From Lachnospiraceae bacterium (GTDB lineage Bacteria > Bacillota > Clostridia > Lachnospirales > Lachnospiraceae), in the NCBI GenBank assembly GCA_016297945.1, contig JAEDFR010000001.1, positions 3,654-67,653 on the forward strand: a stretch of DNA of 64,000 nt. The letters run 5' to 3'. The first letter of the stretch is position 1. Every line of letters starts with the position of its first letter. The position numbers and the translations under genes are program-made. This document shows positions 40,722 through 50,240 of the stretch, piece by piece. The notes beneath the pieces are model-generated. The model did no database searches and was not told the origin of the DNA. It saw only the letters and a program-made list of their open reading frames with translations.

Positions 40722-41267
40722 TCACCTCTCAATGTCTATCCAAAAATCGTCCTCAGCCATTTTTCCTTTTGTCTTTTCAACAATTAGGAATGGATCATAG
40801 AATGGAATACCTAAATCATCCAAAACCAATTTCAATCGATCTCTCGTCCTTGGAAAACATCTGTCTTCCAGAAAAACCAAATAATCATCATATGTTGGCT
40901 CCACATTAGTTCCAAAAGCTCGAAACATAATTCTATCTGTATAATTTTTAATCTGTACAACTCTTTTTGCATCATCTACGTCAATTAATGTGCATTTTTC
41001 ATTTTTATACATATACCACATACGAATTGGTAATTGTTTTGGTGGAATCATCAACTTTTCAGACATTTCCGGATATTCTTTAAGCATTTTCAGTAATAGA
41101 ATGATTGGACCGCTTATCTTTTTATCACTACATTCCCATCTTTCAACTGTAGGCTTAGATGATCCGATAAATTTTGCAAATTCTTTCTGTGTCATGTTCA
41201 ATTCTTTACGAACATTTTTTATTTCTTCCGCTGTAGTATAATCTGCAATTGCATACTTTTTGATCAT
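40722..41267 (-). CDS. XRE-type HTH protein fused to a HipS/HipA-N-like domain (putative antitoxin)
   Basis: IKNVRKELNMTQKEFAKFIGSSKPTVERWE followed by FLEDRCFPRTRD...TKGKMAEDDFWI; 6 bp upstream of the kinase gene. Confidence 0.78.
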   Translation of the reverse strand: MIKKYAIADYTTAEEIKNVRKELNMTQKEFAKFIGSSKPTVERWECSDKKISGPIILLLKMLKEYPEMSEKLMIPPKQLPIRMWYMYKNEKCTLIDVDDAKRVVQIKNYTDRIMFRAFGTNVEPTYDDYLVFLEDRCFPRTRDRLKLVLDDLGIPFYDPFLIVEKTKGKMAEDDFWIDIER

Positions 41268-41546
41268 GAAACCACCTCGTTTATTAATATAGAAACTGTC
41301 ATCTTATTATTTAATATAACACGATTTTATATTTATGCAAGAAAAACAATCATTTTAATGGCAACTTATTGGCTTTTAACTATCATTTTAATTGTTTCGC
41401 TAAATACGCATATTTTTCATAAACAGATTCTGTTCACTATCCTGCCTTAATCTATATCTTTTGTTAATATTTTAATATCACATCTTAAATTCTTCGATTT
41501 TTCATCATGAATTCCACGATATTTTATACTTTTTGTTCTTTGATAA

Positions 41547-41575
41547 TTGAATAAGACTTTGCATTTTGTTATAAT
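41547..41575 (+). promoter_or_regulatory. SigA promoter
   Basis: TTGAAT-N17-TATAAT with TG extension, upstream of the small ORF at 41606. Confidence 0.7.
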
Positions 41576-41605
41576 TGCCCTATCAATCGATAGGAGGTAC
41601 CCAAA

Positions 41606-41791
41606 ATGGAGAATATAAATATGACACATGACGAAACCGTAAAACACGAAATCACCAGATTAATGGAATTGCAGAGAATTAAAGCTTCGAACAATGGTGC
41701 ACCAAACAAGACCTTAGATGAGTGCATCAACGAAAGCATCAATACACTTCATGCCCTTGGCATCAACACAGATAGTTTTATTATCATCTAA
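41606..41791 (+). CDS. Small hypothetical protein, 61 aa
   Basis: Perfect AGGAGG RBS, own promoter and downstream hairpin. Confidence 0.75.
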   Translation: MENINMTHDETVKHEITRLMELQRIKASNNGAPNKTLDECINESINTLHALGINTDSFIII

Positions 41792-41811
41792 TTAGTTACA
41801 CGTCTATAAAC

Positions 41812-41855
41812 AAGATGCAAAGCCTTATTGAATCATCAAACAGACTTTGCATCTT
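41812..41855. terminator. Hairpin between the convergent small ORF and rfbG
   Basis: AAGATGCAAAG...CTTTGCATCTT 11 bp inverted repeat. Confidence 0.6.
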
Positions 41856-41863
41856 ATACAAAT

Positions 41864-42964
41864 TTACTTATTTCTCAGATAATCATCAATCTGCTTATTC
41901 ATAACTCTGAGAATTTCTCCGGTTTGATCAATTGTCGAATTTTGATATGCCATCTCCCATTCCACAATCTTTCCCATGGCATCCTTTACATTCCAACGTG
42001 GGCGCCAGTTAAAGATTTTCTTTAACTTTGTACAATCCAGTTTTAAAAAGTTTGCCTCATGCGGTCCGCCATCATAGCGGTTCGTCCACGAAACCGTTTT
42101 ACCCGTTTTTTCCTTCCAGATATCGCAAAACAACGTGACCAGTTCCCCGGTTGTATAACAATCTTCATCGTCAGGGCCAACATTATAGTTTCCTGCAAAA
42201 GAAATGTCCTCATACTGCTTTTGACAAATCATAAGGTATGCCATAACCGGCTCTAAAACATGTTGATAGGGCCTTGTAGATAACGGATTGCGGACAACGA
42301 TATCTTCTCCCTTTTCCACGGCTCTGATGCAATCGGGAATAATGCGGTCTGTCGCAAAATCTCCGCCCCCAATGACATTTCCGGCTCTGGCAGTAGAAAT
42401 TGCAATTTTGCGTCCTTCCTTTTCAATCTGAGGTTCAAAAAACGAGTTTACATAACTCGATGTAACTAATTCAGAACAAGACTTGGAATTGGAATATGGA
42501 TCATAGCCGTTTAACTCCTCATCTTCCCGATAGCCCTGCTGCCGCTCAAGGTTTTTGTATACCTTATCGGTTGTAACATTTAAAAACGATACAACACTTT
42601 TAGTCTGTCTGACACATTCTAATACATGAACCGTTCCCATCACATTGACATCATAGGTATAGACAGGCTCTTTGTACGATTCCCGTACAATTGGCTGTGC
42701 TGCCATATGAATCACTATTTCCGGCTGAACTTCTTCAAAGACCTGTTTCAGATGTTCAAAATTCCTGATATCGCCTGATATGGAATTCATCTTTTCTTTT
42801 AGTTTACATAACTCAAACAAACTGAGTTCCGTCGGTGCTTCCAGCGCATATCCGGTAATCTTTGCTCCGGCATGCAATAATGCCATGCACATCCAGCTTC
42901 CTTTAAAGCCGGTATGACCGGTAATCAATATTTTCTTATCTTTGTAAAAAGACAAATCCATCAT
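41864..42964 (-). CDS. rfbG: CDP-glucose 4,6-dehydratase
   Basis: ITGHTGFKGSW, HMAAQPIVR, DPYSNSK, RAGNVIGGGD and RPYQHVLEP motifs. Confidence 0.96.
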   Translation of the reverse strand: MMDLSFYKDKKILITGHTGFKGSWMCMALLHAGAKITGYALEAPTELSLFELCKLKEKMNSISGDIRNFEHLKQVFEEVQPEIVIHMAAQPIVRESYKEPVYTYDVNVMGTVHVLECVRQTKSVVSFLNVTTDKVYKNLERQQGYREDEELNGYDPYSNSKSCSELVTSSYVNSFFEPQIEKEGRKIAISTARAGNVIGGGDFATDRIIPDCIRAVEKGEDIVVRNPLSTRPYQHVLEPVMAYLMICQKQYEDISFAGNYNVGPDDEDCYTTGELVTLFCDIWKEKTGKTVSWTNRYDGGPHEANFLKLDCTKLKKIFNWRPRWNVKDAMGKIVEWEMAYQNSTIDQTGEILRVMNKQIDDYLRNK

Positions 42965-42994
42965 ATTTTACATCCTGTCGTAATATTCTTTGTT

Positions 42995-43954
42995 TTATTC
43001 GCACAATCTCAGTATTTCACGAATGCCATCTTCAAACTCTGTTTTTGGCTCAAATCCCGTATCCTGCTTTAATTGCGAAATATCTGCACAAAGATACATG
43101 ACCTGCCTGGGGGCATAGGGAACTGCTCCCAACTCAATTTGTGCATGTGGATCAATTTGATTTTTGAGTATCTGAATGTATTCAGAAAGTGCTCTTACGC
43201 TTCCGCTTCCGATCGGATATATCCTGCCGTGTTTTCCTTTCATAGCAGCTAATAATAGGGCATTTGCTGCATCGGCACTATACAAATAATCCCACTGCTG
43301 TTCTCCTTTGGTAAATTCGGCAATTTCGCCATTACGAAGCTTGGAAATCGCACTCATAATCATGCTTGTTTTTGAATCATAAGGACCATATACGCTTAAA
43401 ATCCTTGCCCAGATGTGCTTTATGGAAAGGCTTTCACAAAGTGCCCTTGTTGTCTCTCCTGCCTGCAATTTGTACTTGCCGTACTCATTTTCCGGATAAG
43501 TCGGTGTATCAGCAGTAAGCTTTCCTTCTACCCTGCCGTATTCTGCCTGGGAACCGGCAAAAACAAAGGTGTGACATCCCAGCATTTTTGCTAATCGTAC
43601 TGCATCCAGTGAATAGGCTGCATTTTGCTGCTGTAATGCTTCATCATTGCGTGATGCACCGGTGGTTCCACTCCATGCCATGTGAAAGAATATGTCATAT
43701 GGCATGGAAGGCAATCCGGTTGCATACTCATCCAGATTCAAGTACCGGATTTTTATGAGACGGTCTGGTGATTCATAATCCAGCCCTACACGCTTGCTTT
43801 GCAACATTCGTCCCACTTCATCTGCAAGCATACCGGCTCTTTTAGAACCTCGATGACAAATGGCTAACACCTCAATATTCTGTTTTATACACTCTGCAAT
43901 CAATGCATGTCCAATAGCCCCTGTAGCACCGGTTATAACGACTTTCATCTGCAT
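42995..43954 (-). CDS. NAD-dependent epimerase/reductase (extended SDR)
   Basis: ITGATGAIG, GSQAEYG, YGKYK and SVYGP motifs; within the rfb cluster. Confidence 0.88.
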   Translation of the reverse strand: MQMKVVITGATGAIGHALIAECIKQNIEVLAICHRGSKRAGMLADEVGRMLQSKRVGLDYESPDRLIKIRYLNLDEYATGLPSMPYDIFFHMAWSGTTGASRNDEALQQQNAAYSLDAVRLAKMLGCHTFVFAGSQAEYGRVEGKLTADTPTYPENEYGKYKLQAGETTRALCESLSIKHIWARILSVYGPYDSKTSMIMSAISKLRNGEIAEFTKGEQQWDYLYSADAANALLLAAMKGKHGRIYPIGSGSVRALSEYIQILKNQIDPHAQIELGAVPYAPRQVMYLCADISQLKQDTGFEPKTEFEDGIREILRLCE

Positions 43955-45318
43955 TCTCCTACAGCTTCTTTGATGATTTTTGCCATATAATCAAGCTTTT
44001 CATCGGTCATACCGGGATATACGCCAACCCAAAAGGTATCTCTCATAATGCGATCCGAGTTTTCCAAATTCCCAACAACACGGTATCCTCTTTTCTCTTG
44101 TCGCATCTGATCAAAGCAGGGATGCTTTGTTAAATTGCCCGCAAACAGCATTCTTGTCTGAATTCCGTGCGATTCAATATAAGAAACCACTTTATTTCTG
44201 TCAACACCATCTTTACAGGTTAACATAAATCCAAACCAGCTGGGATTCGAGCCTTCACACGCAACCGGCAAAACCAAACGGTCTTCAACTTCTTTTAATG
44301 CCTGAAACAGTCTTTCAAAATGCTCTCTTCTTTTCTCCGCAAAAGACGGCATTTTCATAAGCTGCGCACATCCGATTGCAGCCTGCATATCGGTTGCTTT
44401 TAAATTATAACCAAAATGCGAATATACATATTTATGGTCATAGCCCAAAGGAAGCTCTCCGTACTGTCTGTCAAACCGATGTCCGCACAAATTATCCTGT
44501 CCGGAAGCGCAGACACAGTCTCTTCCCCAATCCCTAAAAGAACGTATACACTTATGCAAAAGCGGATTATCCGTATAAACCGCTCCGCCTTCTCCCATCG
44601 TCATATGATGTGGCGGATAAAAACTGGAAGTTCCGATATCCCCAATGGTACCGGTCTTCTTCGTAAGCGTCTGATAACTTCCATCTTCTTTCATGATCTG
44701 AACATCATAAGTGCTTCCCAACGCATCACAATTATCTTCAATCAACCACAGATTATGCTTTTCACAAAATGCCTTAACTGCATTTAAATCAAACGGATTT
44801 CCCAAGGTATGGGCAGCCATAACCACTTTTGTTTTATCCGACAAAGCCGCTTCTAACTGCGTAATGTCCATATTGTACTGCGGTATGGTAACATCGATAA
44901 AAACAGGAACCACGCCATATTGAATCGCAGGTGTAACCGTCGTAGGGAACCCTGCTGCCACTGTTATCATTTCATCTCCGGGCTTTACCTGTCTCTCACC
45001 CAACAAGGGGGATGTTAACGCCATAAAAGCCAAAAGATTGGCACTAGAACCCGAATTTACAAGAGAACAATATTTCACTCCTAAATAGTCCGAAAACTCT
45101 TTTTCAAACTGATTGGTGTATTTCCCGCTCGTCAGCCAGAAATCCAATGCCGAATCTACCAGATTGGTCATTTCTTCCCTGTCATATACTCTGGATGCAT
45201 ATGGAATTCTGTCTCCTTCGGCAAACGGCTTTTCCTGATTATGATAAGTATCACAATAAGCCGCTACCATATCTAATATCTGCTTTTTTGCTTCTTTCTC
45301 AGACATATTTTCAAACAT
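43945..45318 (-). CDS. rfbH: CDP-4-keto-6-deoxyglucose 3-dehydrase (E1)
   Basis: NSGSSANL, EDNCDALG, SFYPPHHMTMGEGG (His in place of Lys), RDWGRDCVC; start reassigned to ATG 45318. Confidence 0.95.
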   Translation of the reverse strand: MFENMSEKEAKKQILDMVAAYCDTYHNQEKPFAEGDRIPYASRVYDREEMTNLVDSALDFWLTSGKYTNQFEKEFSDYLGVKYCSLVNSGSSANLLAFMALTSPLLGERQVKPGDEMITVAAGFPTTVTPAIQYGVVPVFIDVTIPQYNMDITQLEAALSDKTKVVMAAHTLGNPFDLNAVKAFCEKHNLWLIEDNCDALGSTYDVQIMKEDGSYQTLTKKTGTIGDIGTSSFYPPHHMTMGEGGAVYTDNPLLHKCIRSFRDWGRDCVCASGQDNLCGHRFDRQYGELPLGYDHKYVYSHFGYNLKATDMQAAIGCAQLMKMPSFAEKRREHFERLFQALKEVEDRLVLPVACEGSNPSWFGFMLTCKDGVDRNKVVSYIESHGIQTRMLFAGNLTKHPCFDQMRQEKRGYRVVGNLENSDRIMRDTFWVGVYPGMTDEKLDYMAKIIKEAVGECR

Positions 45319-45322
45319 ATTG

Positions 45323-46099
45323 TCACTCCCATACCTTCCAAGGTGCTTTACCATTCTGCCACATATCCTGTAACTTCTCCAATTCACGCTTGGTATCCAT
45401 ACACTGCCAGAAACCGTTATATATGTATGCTTTCAACTCATTTTTATGAATCAGTTCTGCAATCGGTTCCTTTTCAAACACCGTATCATCATTTTCCAGA
45501 TAGTCAAATATTTCAGGCTCTAAAACCATAAAACCGGCATTAATTCTACTTCCGTCACTGACATCTTTTTCACGGAAATTGCGAATGGTCTGATTGACGT
45601 CAATATCTAAAATCCCAAATCTCTGTCCTAAAGATACAGCCGTAATCGTCGCTGTCTTTCCGTGTGAACGATGGAACTGCAACAGTTTATTGATATCGAT
45701 GTCAGAAACGGCATCTCCATAGGTTAACATAAATGTTTCATTCCCAATATATTTCTGTATTCTTTTGACGCGTCCACCGGTCATCGTATTTAGTCCCGTA
45801 TCAACCAAGGTGACTTTCCATGGTTCTGAAACATTATTGTGCACTGTCATCTGATTATCATTAGTAAAATCAAAAGTCACATCACAATTATACAGATAAT
45901 AATCGGCAAACCACTCCTTAATCATATGTTGTTTGTATCCGCAGCATATCACAAACTCATTGAACCCATAATGTGAATATTGTTTCATAATATGCCATAA
46001 AATCGGCTTTTCTCCGATTTCAATCATCGGCTTTGGCTTTAAATGGCTTTCCTCACTGATTCTGGTTCCGAATCCTCCGGCTAAAATAACGACTTTCAT
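45323..46099 (-). CDS. rfbF: Glucose-1-phosphate cytidylyltransferase
   Basis: VILAGGFGTRISEE, KPKPMIEIG, TMTGGR and GFWQCMDT motifs. Confidence 0.96.
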   Translation of the reverse strand: MKVVILAGGFGTRISEESHLKPKPMIEIGEKPILWHIMKQYSHYGFNEFVICCGYKQHMIKEWFADYYLYNCDVTFDFTNDNQMTVHNNVSEPWKVTLVDTGLNTMTGGRVKRIQKYIGNETFMLTYGDAVSDIDINKLLQFHRSHGKTATITAVSLGQRFGILDIDVNQTIRNFREKDVSDGSRINAGFMVLEPEIFDYLENDDTVFEKEPIAELIHKNELKAYIYNGFWQCMDTKRELEKLQDMWQNGKAPWKVWE

Positions 46100-46157
46100 A
46101 ATATCTAAACTCCCCTGTATGACAATGTCTTATACAAATAATAAAATTCCAATTTTT

Positions 46158-46186
46158 ATTTTATTATGACAGCATTTTTTTGTCAA
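46158..46186 (-). promoter_or_regulatory. SigA promoter of the rfbF operon
   Basis: TTGACA-N17-TAAAAT. Confidence 0.65.
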
Positions 46187-46241
46187 TTTGAGCATACTTT
46201 GCAATTTATATTTTGGCATCCTTTGCAATTTTATATTATCT

Positions 46242-46270
46242 AAAAAAGGGTATCAAAATAGATACCCTTT
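46242..46270 (-). terminator. Intrinsic terminator after the DUF4214 gene
   Basis: AAAGGGTATC-N6-GATACCCTTT running into a T tract on the minus strand. Confidence 0.75.
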
Positions 46271-46302
46271 AACATTTCCTATGAAATTACACATATAATC
46301 TT

Positions 46303-47919
46303 TTATAGCCCATATTTCTGCATAATCTCTCTAAATTCTTTAGAATTTGCAAAGCCATTTAATACTGCATCTCTTGTTTTTCCATTTTTTAATTGTTTCA
46401 GCCAATACTCATATCCTTCTTGATCATATTCACGACCCAAAAATGTTCGATACAGTACTTTGATATACTCGCCATCACTCAACTTTTTATTTTTGAATTC
46501 CTGCGAATGGAAAAATCCTTTTGTTGATACATTGAGGATGGAATCTTTTCCGTCTAAAACAACGCCACACCAATAATTCAATCCATCAATATCATATGTT
46601 CTTCCCAGTGCCTTTGTATATAATCTTGAAACAAACTGGGTCAAACCAACATTTTTATCTCTATCTTCGGATAAAACAACCGTTCCCCTTTCAATACCAT
46701 ATTGATTACAAATGGATGTAAATTCTTTTGATTCGGAAAATCCTTTAAATACAAACCTTCTAGATACACCATTTTGTAATAATTTTACCCAATAATTACG
46801 ACCTTCTTCATCTGACGAACGATTCATCATAGTAACATAAAGTAATTCAACATATTCTTCATCTGTGTAATTATGTGCCGTAAATTCTTTACTGAAAAAG
46901 AAACCTTCTGCAGCTTGCGCACCACTAATCGTTTTACTATTCAAGAGCTCAAACCAATACCGAACTCCTTCATCATCCGGATCTCGCAACAGGCAGTTAT
47001 TATATAACCGGATTACAAATTTTACAACATCATTTACATCTACATTCTGCTGCTTTTCTTCGCTCTTTAAAAAATCGTTTAGATAATAACCGGCAGCTTG
47101 CTGCAACTGCGCATTGGGATGAACATTATCAACGTAATAATTTGCATAATTATCCATTGTAATTCCAAAATGTGAATAAAAATCAATTGTCTTAGCTCCA
47201 TTCTTTGAGCAAACAGACTTGATTCCATTTACATATGCCGGATAATAATAACCATTCATATTCGGTTTATTTTGCAACTGTTTATAACAAGGGAAAGGCA
47301 AAATAACATATGTCTTTACCCCTACATTATTACATTTAGTAAGAACTGTATTAAGCGCACCACAAGTGGTCAGCGTACCAACACTGGTAGTGTCCCCAAC
47401 TGTACAGGAAATGCTAAAGTCATTGACACCAAACATGATAAATACGGCATCATAATCTGCTAATTTAACATCCTCTAATTCTGTCATAATGTTAGGAGTA
47501 TGTGCTGTCGCATAGGTAGCTCCTCCGATTGCTTTATTCGTAATGGATGCCGAATTTACCTGAGAGAAATAATAAATATATGGATTCACATAATTTCCAC
47601 TTTTATCATGATACCCACAGGAAATACTGTCTCCTAAAAACAGATATTTTCTACCGTCAGCTTCTGTCTGCAGGTTGTCCTGATTATTAGGAACAGCAGA
47701 TAATTCTCTTTGCAATTCATCTTCTGTTAATTCCCATTCCAGTTCCTCACCAACATTGTCCGCTTGCTCTTGAACCGGTACCTCTTCTTGAACGTCTTCC
47801 TGAACTTGTTCTAAATCCTGTATTCCGTTGTCTGACAACGTTGTAGCATTTACAGGAACAGCAAACAATAAGGCCCCAGTCAGCAACCACGCCCAAAACA
47901 TCTTTCCAATTTTTCTCAT
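46303..47919 (-). CDS. Secreted SGNH/GDSL hydrolase with C-terminal DUF4214 repeats
   Basis: Signal peptide; SGNH blocks FLGDSIS, NKAIGG, FGVND, DNVHPN; repeated LYxxxLGRxxDxxGxxYW...FxxSxEF units. Confidence 0.85.
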   Translation of the reverse strand: MRKIGKMFWAWLLTGALLFAVPVNATTLSDNGIQDLEQVQEDVQEEVPVQEQADNVGEELEWELTEDELQRELSAVPNNQDNLQTEADGRKYLFLGDSISCGYHDKSGNYVNPYIYYFSQVNSASITNKAIGGATYATAHTPNIMTELEDVKLADYDAVFIMFGVNDFSISCTVGDTTSVGTLTTCGALNTVLTKCNNVGVKTYVILPFPCYKQLQNKPNMNGYYYPAYVNGIKSVCSKNGAKTIDFYSHFGITMDNYANYYVDNVHPNAQLQQAAGYYLNDFLKSEEKQQNVDVNDVVKFVIRLYNNCLLRDPDDEGVRYWFELLNSKTISGAQAAEGFFFSKEFTAHNYTDEEYVELLYVTMMNRSSDEEGRNYWVKLLQNGVSRRFVFKGFSESKEFTSICNQYGIERGTVVLSEDRDKNVGLTQFVSRLYTKALGRTYDIDGLNYWCGVVLDGKDSILNVSTKGFFHSQEFKNKKLSDGEYIKVLYRTFLGREYDQEGYEYWLKQLKNGKTRDAVLNGFANSKEFREIMQKYGL

Positions 47920-48065
47920 ACTCCCACTGTCCTTTACCTATTTTTATTATAGCTTTATCTAATAAAACTAAGGAATGTATTAATTCTATTATAAACAGTG
48001 TGTTTTTGTCAAATAATGGCAAACTAGCTCTATCACTAACAACCCCAATATGCACCGTCCTCTGC

Positions 48066-48389
48066 TCATATATTCTTTCCAGCTACTTTTCTTATATTTT
48101 GTTTCACTTTTCGAACATCTTGATCTAAAAAATCAAACAATTCTGTGAATTTTTTATCCAACTGATCAAATCGCTTCATCATTTGCTTTTCAACTGAAGC
48201 ATTTTTTTCATCCATGGAATTCATTTTTTCATCCATAGCGTCAAATTTTTTATCGATAGCGTCAAATTTATCATCTATGGCGTCAAATCGTTTATCGTGC
48301 ATTTCTAATTTGTCATTGATTAAAACGATCTCTGTTTTTATTTGGCTTACTTCACCGACTACTTTTTCTAATAATTGTCTGTTTGTCAT
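48066..48389 (-). CDS. Small coiled-coil protein with heptad repeats
   Basis: ATG 48389 with AAGGAG RBS; own TTGACA-N17-TAGAAT promoter (48410-48438); DKRFDAI/DDKFDAI/DKKFDAM/DEKMNSM repeats. Confidence 0.75.
   Translation of the reverse strand: MTNRQLLEKVVGEVSQIKTEIVLINDKLEMHDKRFDAIDDKFDAIDKKFDAMDEKMNSMDEKNASVEKQMMKRFDQLDKKFTELFDFLDQDVRKVKQNIRKVAGKNI
48202..48297. repeat. In-frame 21-bp tandem repeat, about 4.5 copies
   Basis: Units such as TTTTTTCATCCATAGCGTCAA, ATTTTTTATCGATAGCGTCAA, ATTTATCATCTATGGCGTCAA. Confidence 0.8.
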
Positions 48390-48477
48390 AACAATCAACT
48401 CCTTTTTTCATTCTAACTTTATAAATTATCATTGTCAATTTGTTTTATCGTTTTTTTATTATATTTTTTGCGAAATA

Positions 48478-49767
48478 TCACTTTTGTTTCATGCGATAAA
48501 AACCGTTTATCTCTTCAACCATTCCTTTTCGCTCCATATCTGCCAATTCAATCATAAGTTTCTGAATTTCGATTTCATTAAGTTTACATAAAATCTCATC
48601 CAGCGATTGAAACTGCAGATCCAGGTGGTCATAAATCTCTTTTTGCACGGAATTGAGTCTATATTCTTTTTCAATATCCACTTTCCAATCGTCACACAAA
48701 TCTTTATTTTTCTCATCACACTTTGCCGATAAGGAATGCTGATAAAGCGAATGGGAATAGATTTCACTCACAAATTCATCCATGTCCCATATTATACCGG
48801 CTCCCTGCGCAATCAGACGATTGCAACCGTAGCTTAACCGGTCATGCAATCTGCCGGGGATGGCATATACATTTTTCCCCTGCTCCAATGCTCTTTCCAC
48901 CGTAATCAAGGTCCCACTTTTTTCCTTTGCCTCTATCACTACGATTGCATCTGCCAGACCACTGATAATTCGGTTTCTCATAGGAAAATGCTTCCTCTCT
49001 GCCGGTGTTTTTGGAACAAACTCACTGATAACACCGCCATGACATTCTCCGTTTGCCAGTCTTTCATATAAGTCATAATTTTCTTCCGGATAACACACAT
49101 CCACTCCGGAGCCCAAAACGCCAAAGGAACAACCTCCATTCTCCAGTGCCGCCAGCTGACCAATACCGTCAATTCCACGTGCAAGGCCACTAATAACCCC
49201 AATTTGATTTTCTGCCAATCGCTTTCCCAGTTGTTTTGCCATCATAGTTCCATATCCGGAACAGTTTCTGGAACCAATAATGGCAACCAATGGCATCTTC
49301 TCATCCGGCAATTTTCCTTTTACGAACAATGCAGAAGGTGCGTCGTCAATCTCTTTTAATTTTGTTGGATAACCATCTAAATATTTTGGAACACAAAAGA
49401 TATGATTGGTTAAGATTTGTTGATATTGTGAGAACACATCCCATTCCTGAATGTGCTTTTCCATGAATTGTTTTCTAATCTGCTTTGAATCGGATAATTG
49501 TCCGATTAAGTGTAATTCTTGATATAAGTAGCTTTTTAAGCTGCCTTTTATGAGTTGTACATACATTTCTTCATAGCTATGATACATACCATACAACTTT
49601 TCAATCGTCCTGACACCCACGGATGGCATTGTTTCCCAAAAATATGCATATGCGCACTCCGTATGCCATGCGGTGTTTTTTTCGCTTGTTTTTTCATTCG
49701 CAATGTGACTATTTGCTTTTTGATTTTTTTTGTTTCCACTTTCTTCTTGAATATTCCTCTTTATCAT
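48478..49767 (-). CDS. dprA: DNA-processing protein DprA
   Basis: VAIIGSR, ISGLARGID, FPMRNRIISGL, SGTLIT and GCNRLIAQGA motifs; C-terminal winged helix; start codon uncertain. Confidence 0.95.
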   Translation of the reverse strand: MIKRNIQEESGNKKNQKANSHIANEKTSEKNTAWHTECAYAYFWETMPSVGVRTIEKLYGMYHSYEEMYVQLIKGSLKSYLYQELHLIGQLSDSKQIRKQFMEKHIQEWDVFSQYQQILTNHIFCVPKYLDGYPTKLKEIDDAPSALFVKGKLPDEKMPLVAIIGSRNCSGYGTMMAKQLGKRLAENQIGVISGLARGIDGIGQLAALENGGCSFGVLGSGVDVCYPEENYDLYERLANGECHGGVISEFVPKTPAERKHFPMRNRIISGLADAIVVIEAKEKSGTLITVERALEQGKNVYAIPGRLHDRLSYGCNRLIAQGAGIIWDMDEFVSEIYSHSLYQHSLSAKCDEKNKDLCDDWKVDIEKEYRLNSVQKEIYDHLDLQFQSLDEILCKLNEIEIQKLMIELADMERKGMVEEINGFYRMKQK

Positions 49768-49928
49768 AAATTATGTCAACCATTTGTGCATACATCTCTC
49801 TTAAATTGCTCATTGTTAATCACCTTTTTGCAAATTTGCCCATCTAATTTTCATTTGGAAGTTCTTTTCACTTCCATTTTTATAAATCCTTTCTTATTCA
49901 GCCTTCATCCATTCTTATGAATTCGTTC

Positions 49929-50240
49929 TTATAAACATCGGCGGATGATTTCCGGATCATTTAATGCATACTCTAAAATGCGGCTCAAAATTCCGGTATA
50001 ACCTTTCCCCAGCGATTTTGCTTTTTTCATTGTTTCTGCGGATACTCTTAATGTTAACACCTGTTTCTGTCTTTCTTCTCTTTTTTCTTTTGCAACTCTG
50101 CGAAACTGCTCCATCATTTCCTCTGTAATTTCAGGTGAATCCTCATCAAATACAATATGATGTCTTTTTGCATTCTCAATTTCCATTAATTGTTTTTCTG
50201 TAATATCGCCGAGTTTTTCTACTTTAATAGTTTTCTTCAT
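49929..50240 (-). CDS. brnA: BrnA-family antitoxin
   Basis: DEDSPEIT...KQVLTLRVS...GKGYT; overlaps the 3' end of brnT. Confidence 0.8.
   Translation of the reverse strand: MKKTIKVEKLGDITEKQLMEIENAKRHHIVFDEDSPEITEEMMEQFRRVAKEKREERQKQVLTLRVSAETMKKAKSLGKGYTGILSRILEYALNDPEIIRRCL

Noticed and set aside
13500..48400. Glycan island as an ICE, prophage or transposon
   Set aside because: No integrase, transposase, relaxase, phage genes or flanking att repeats were seen
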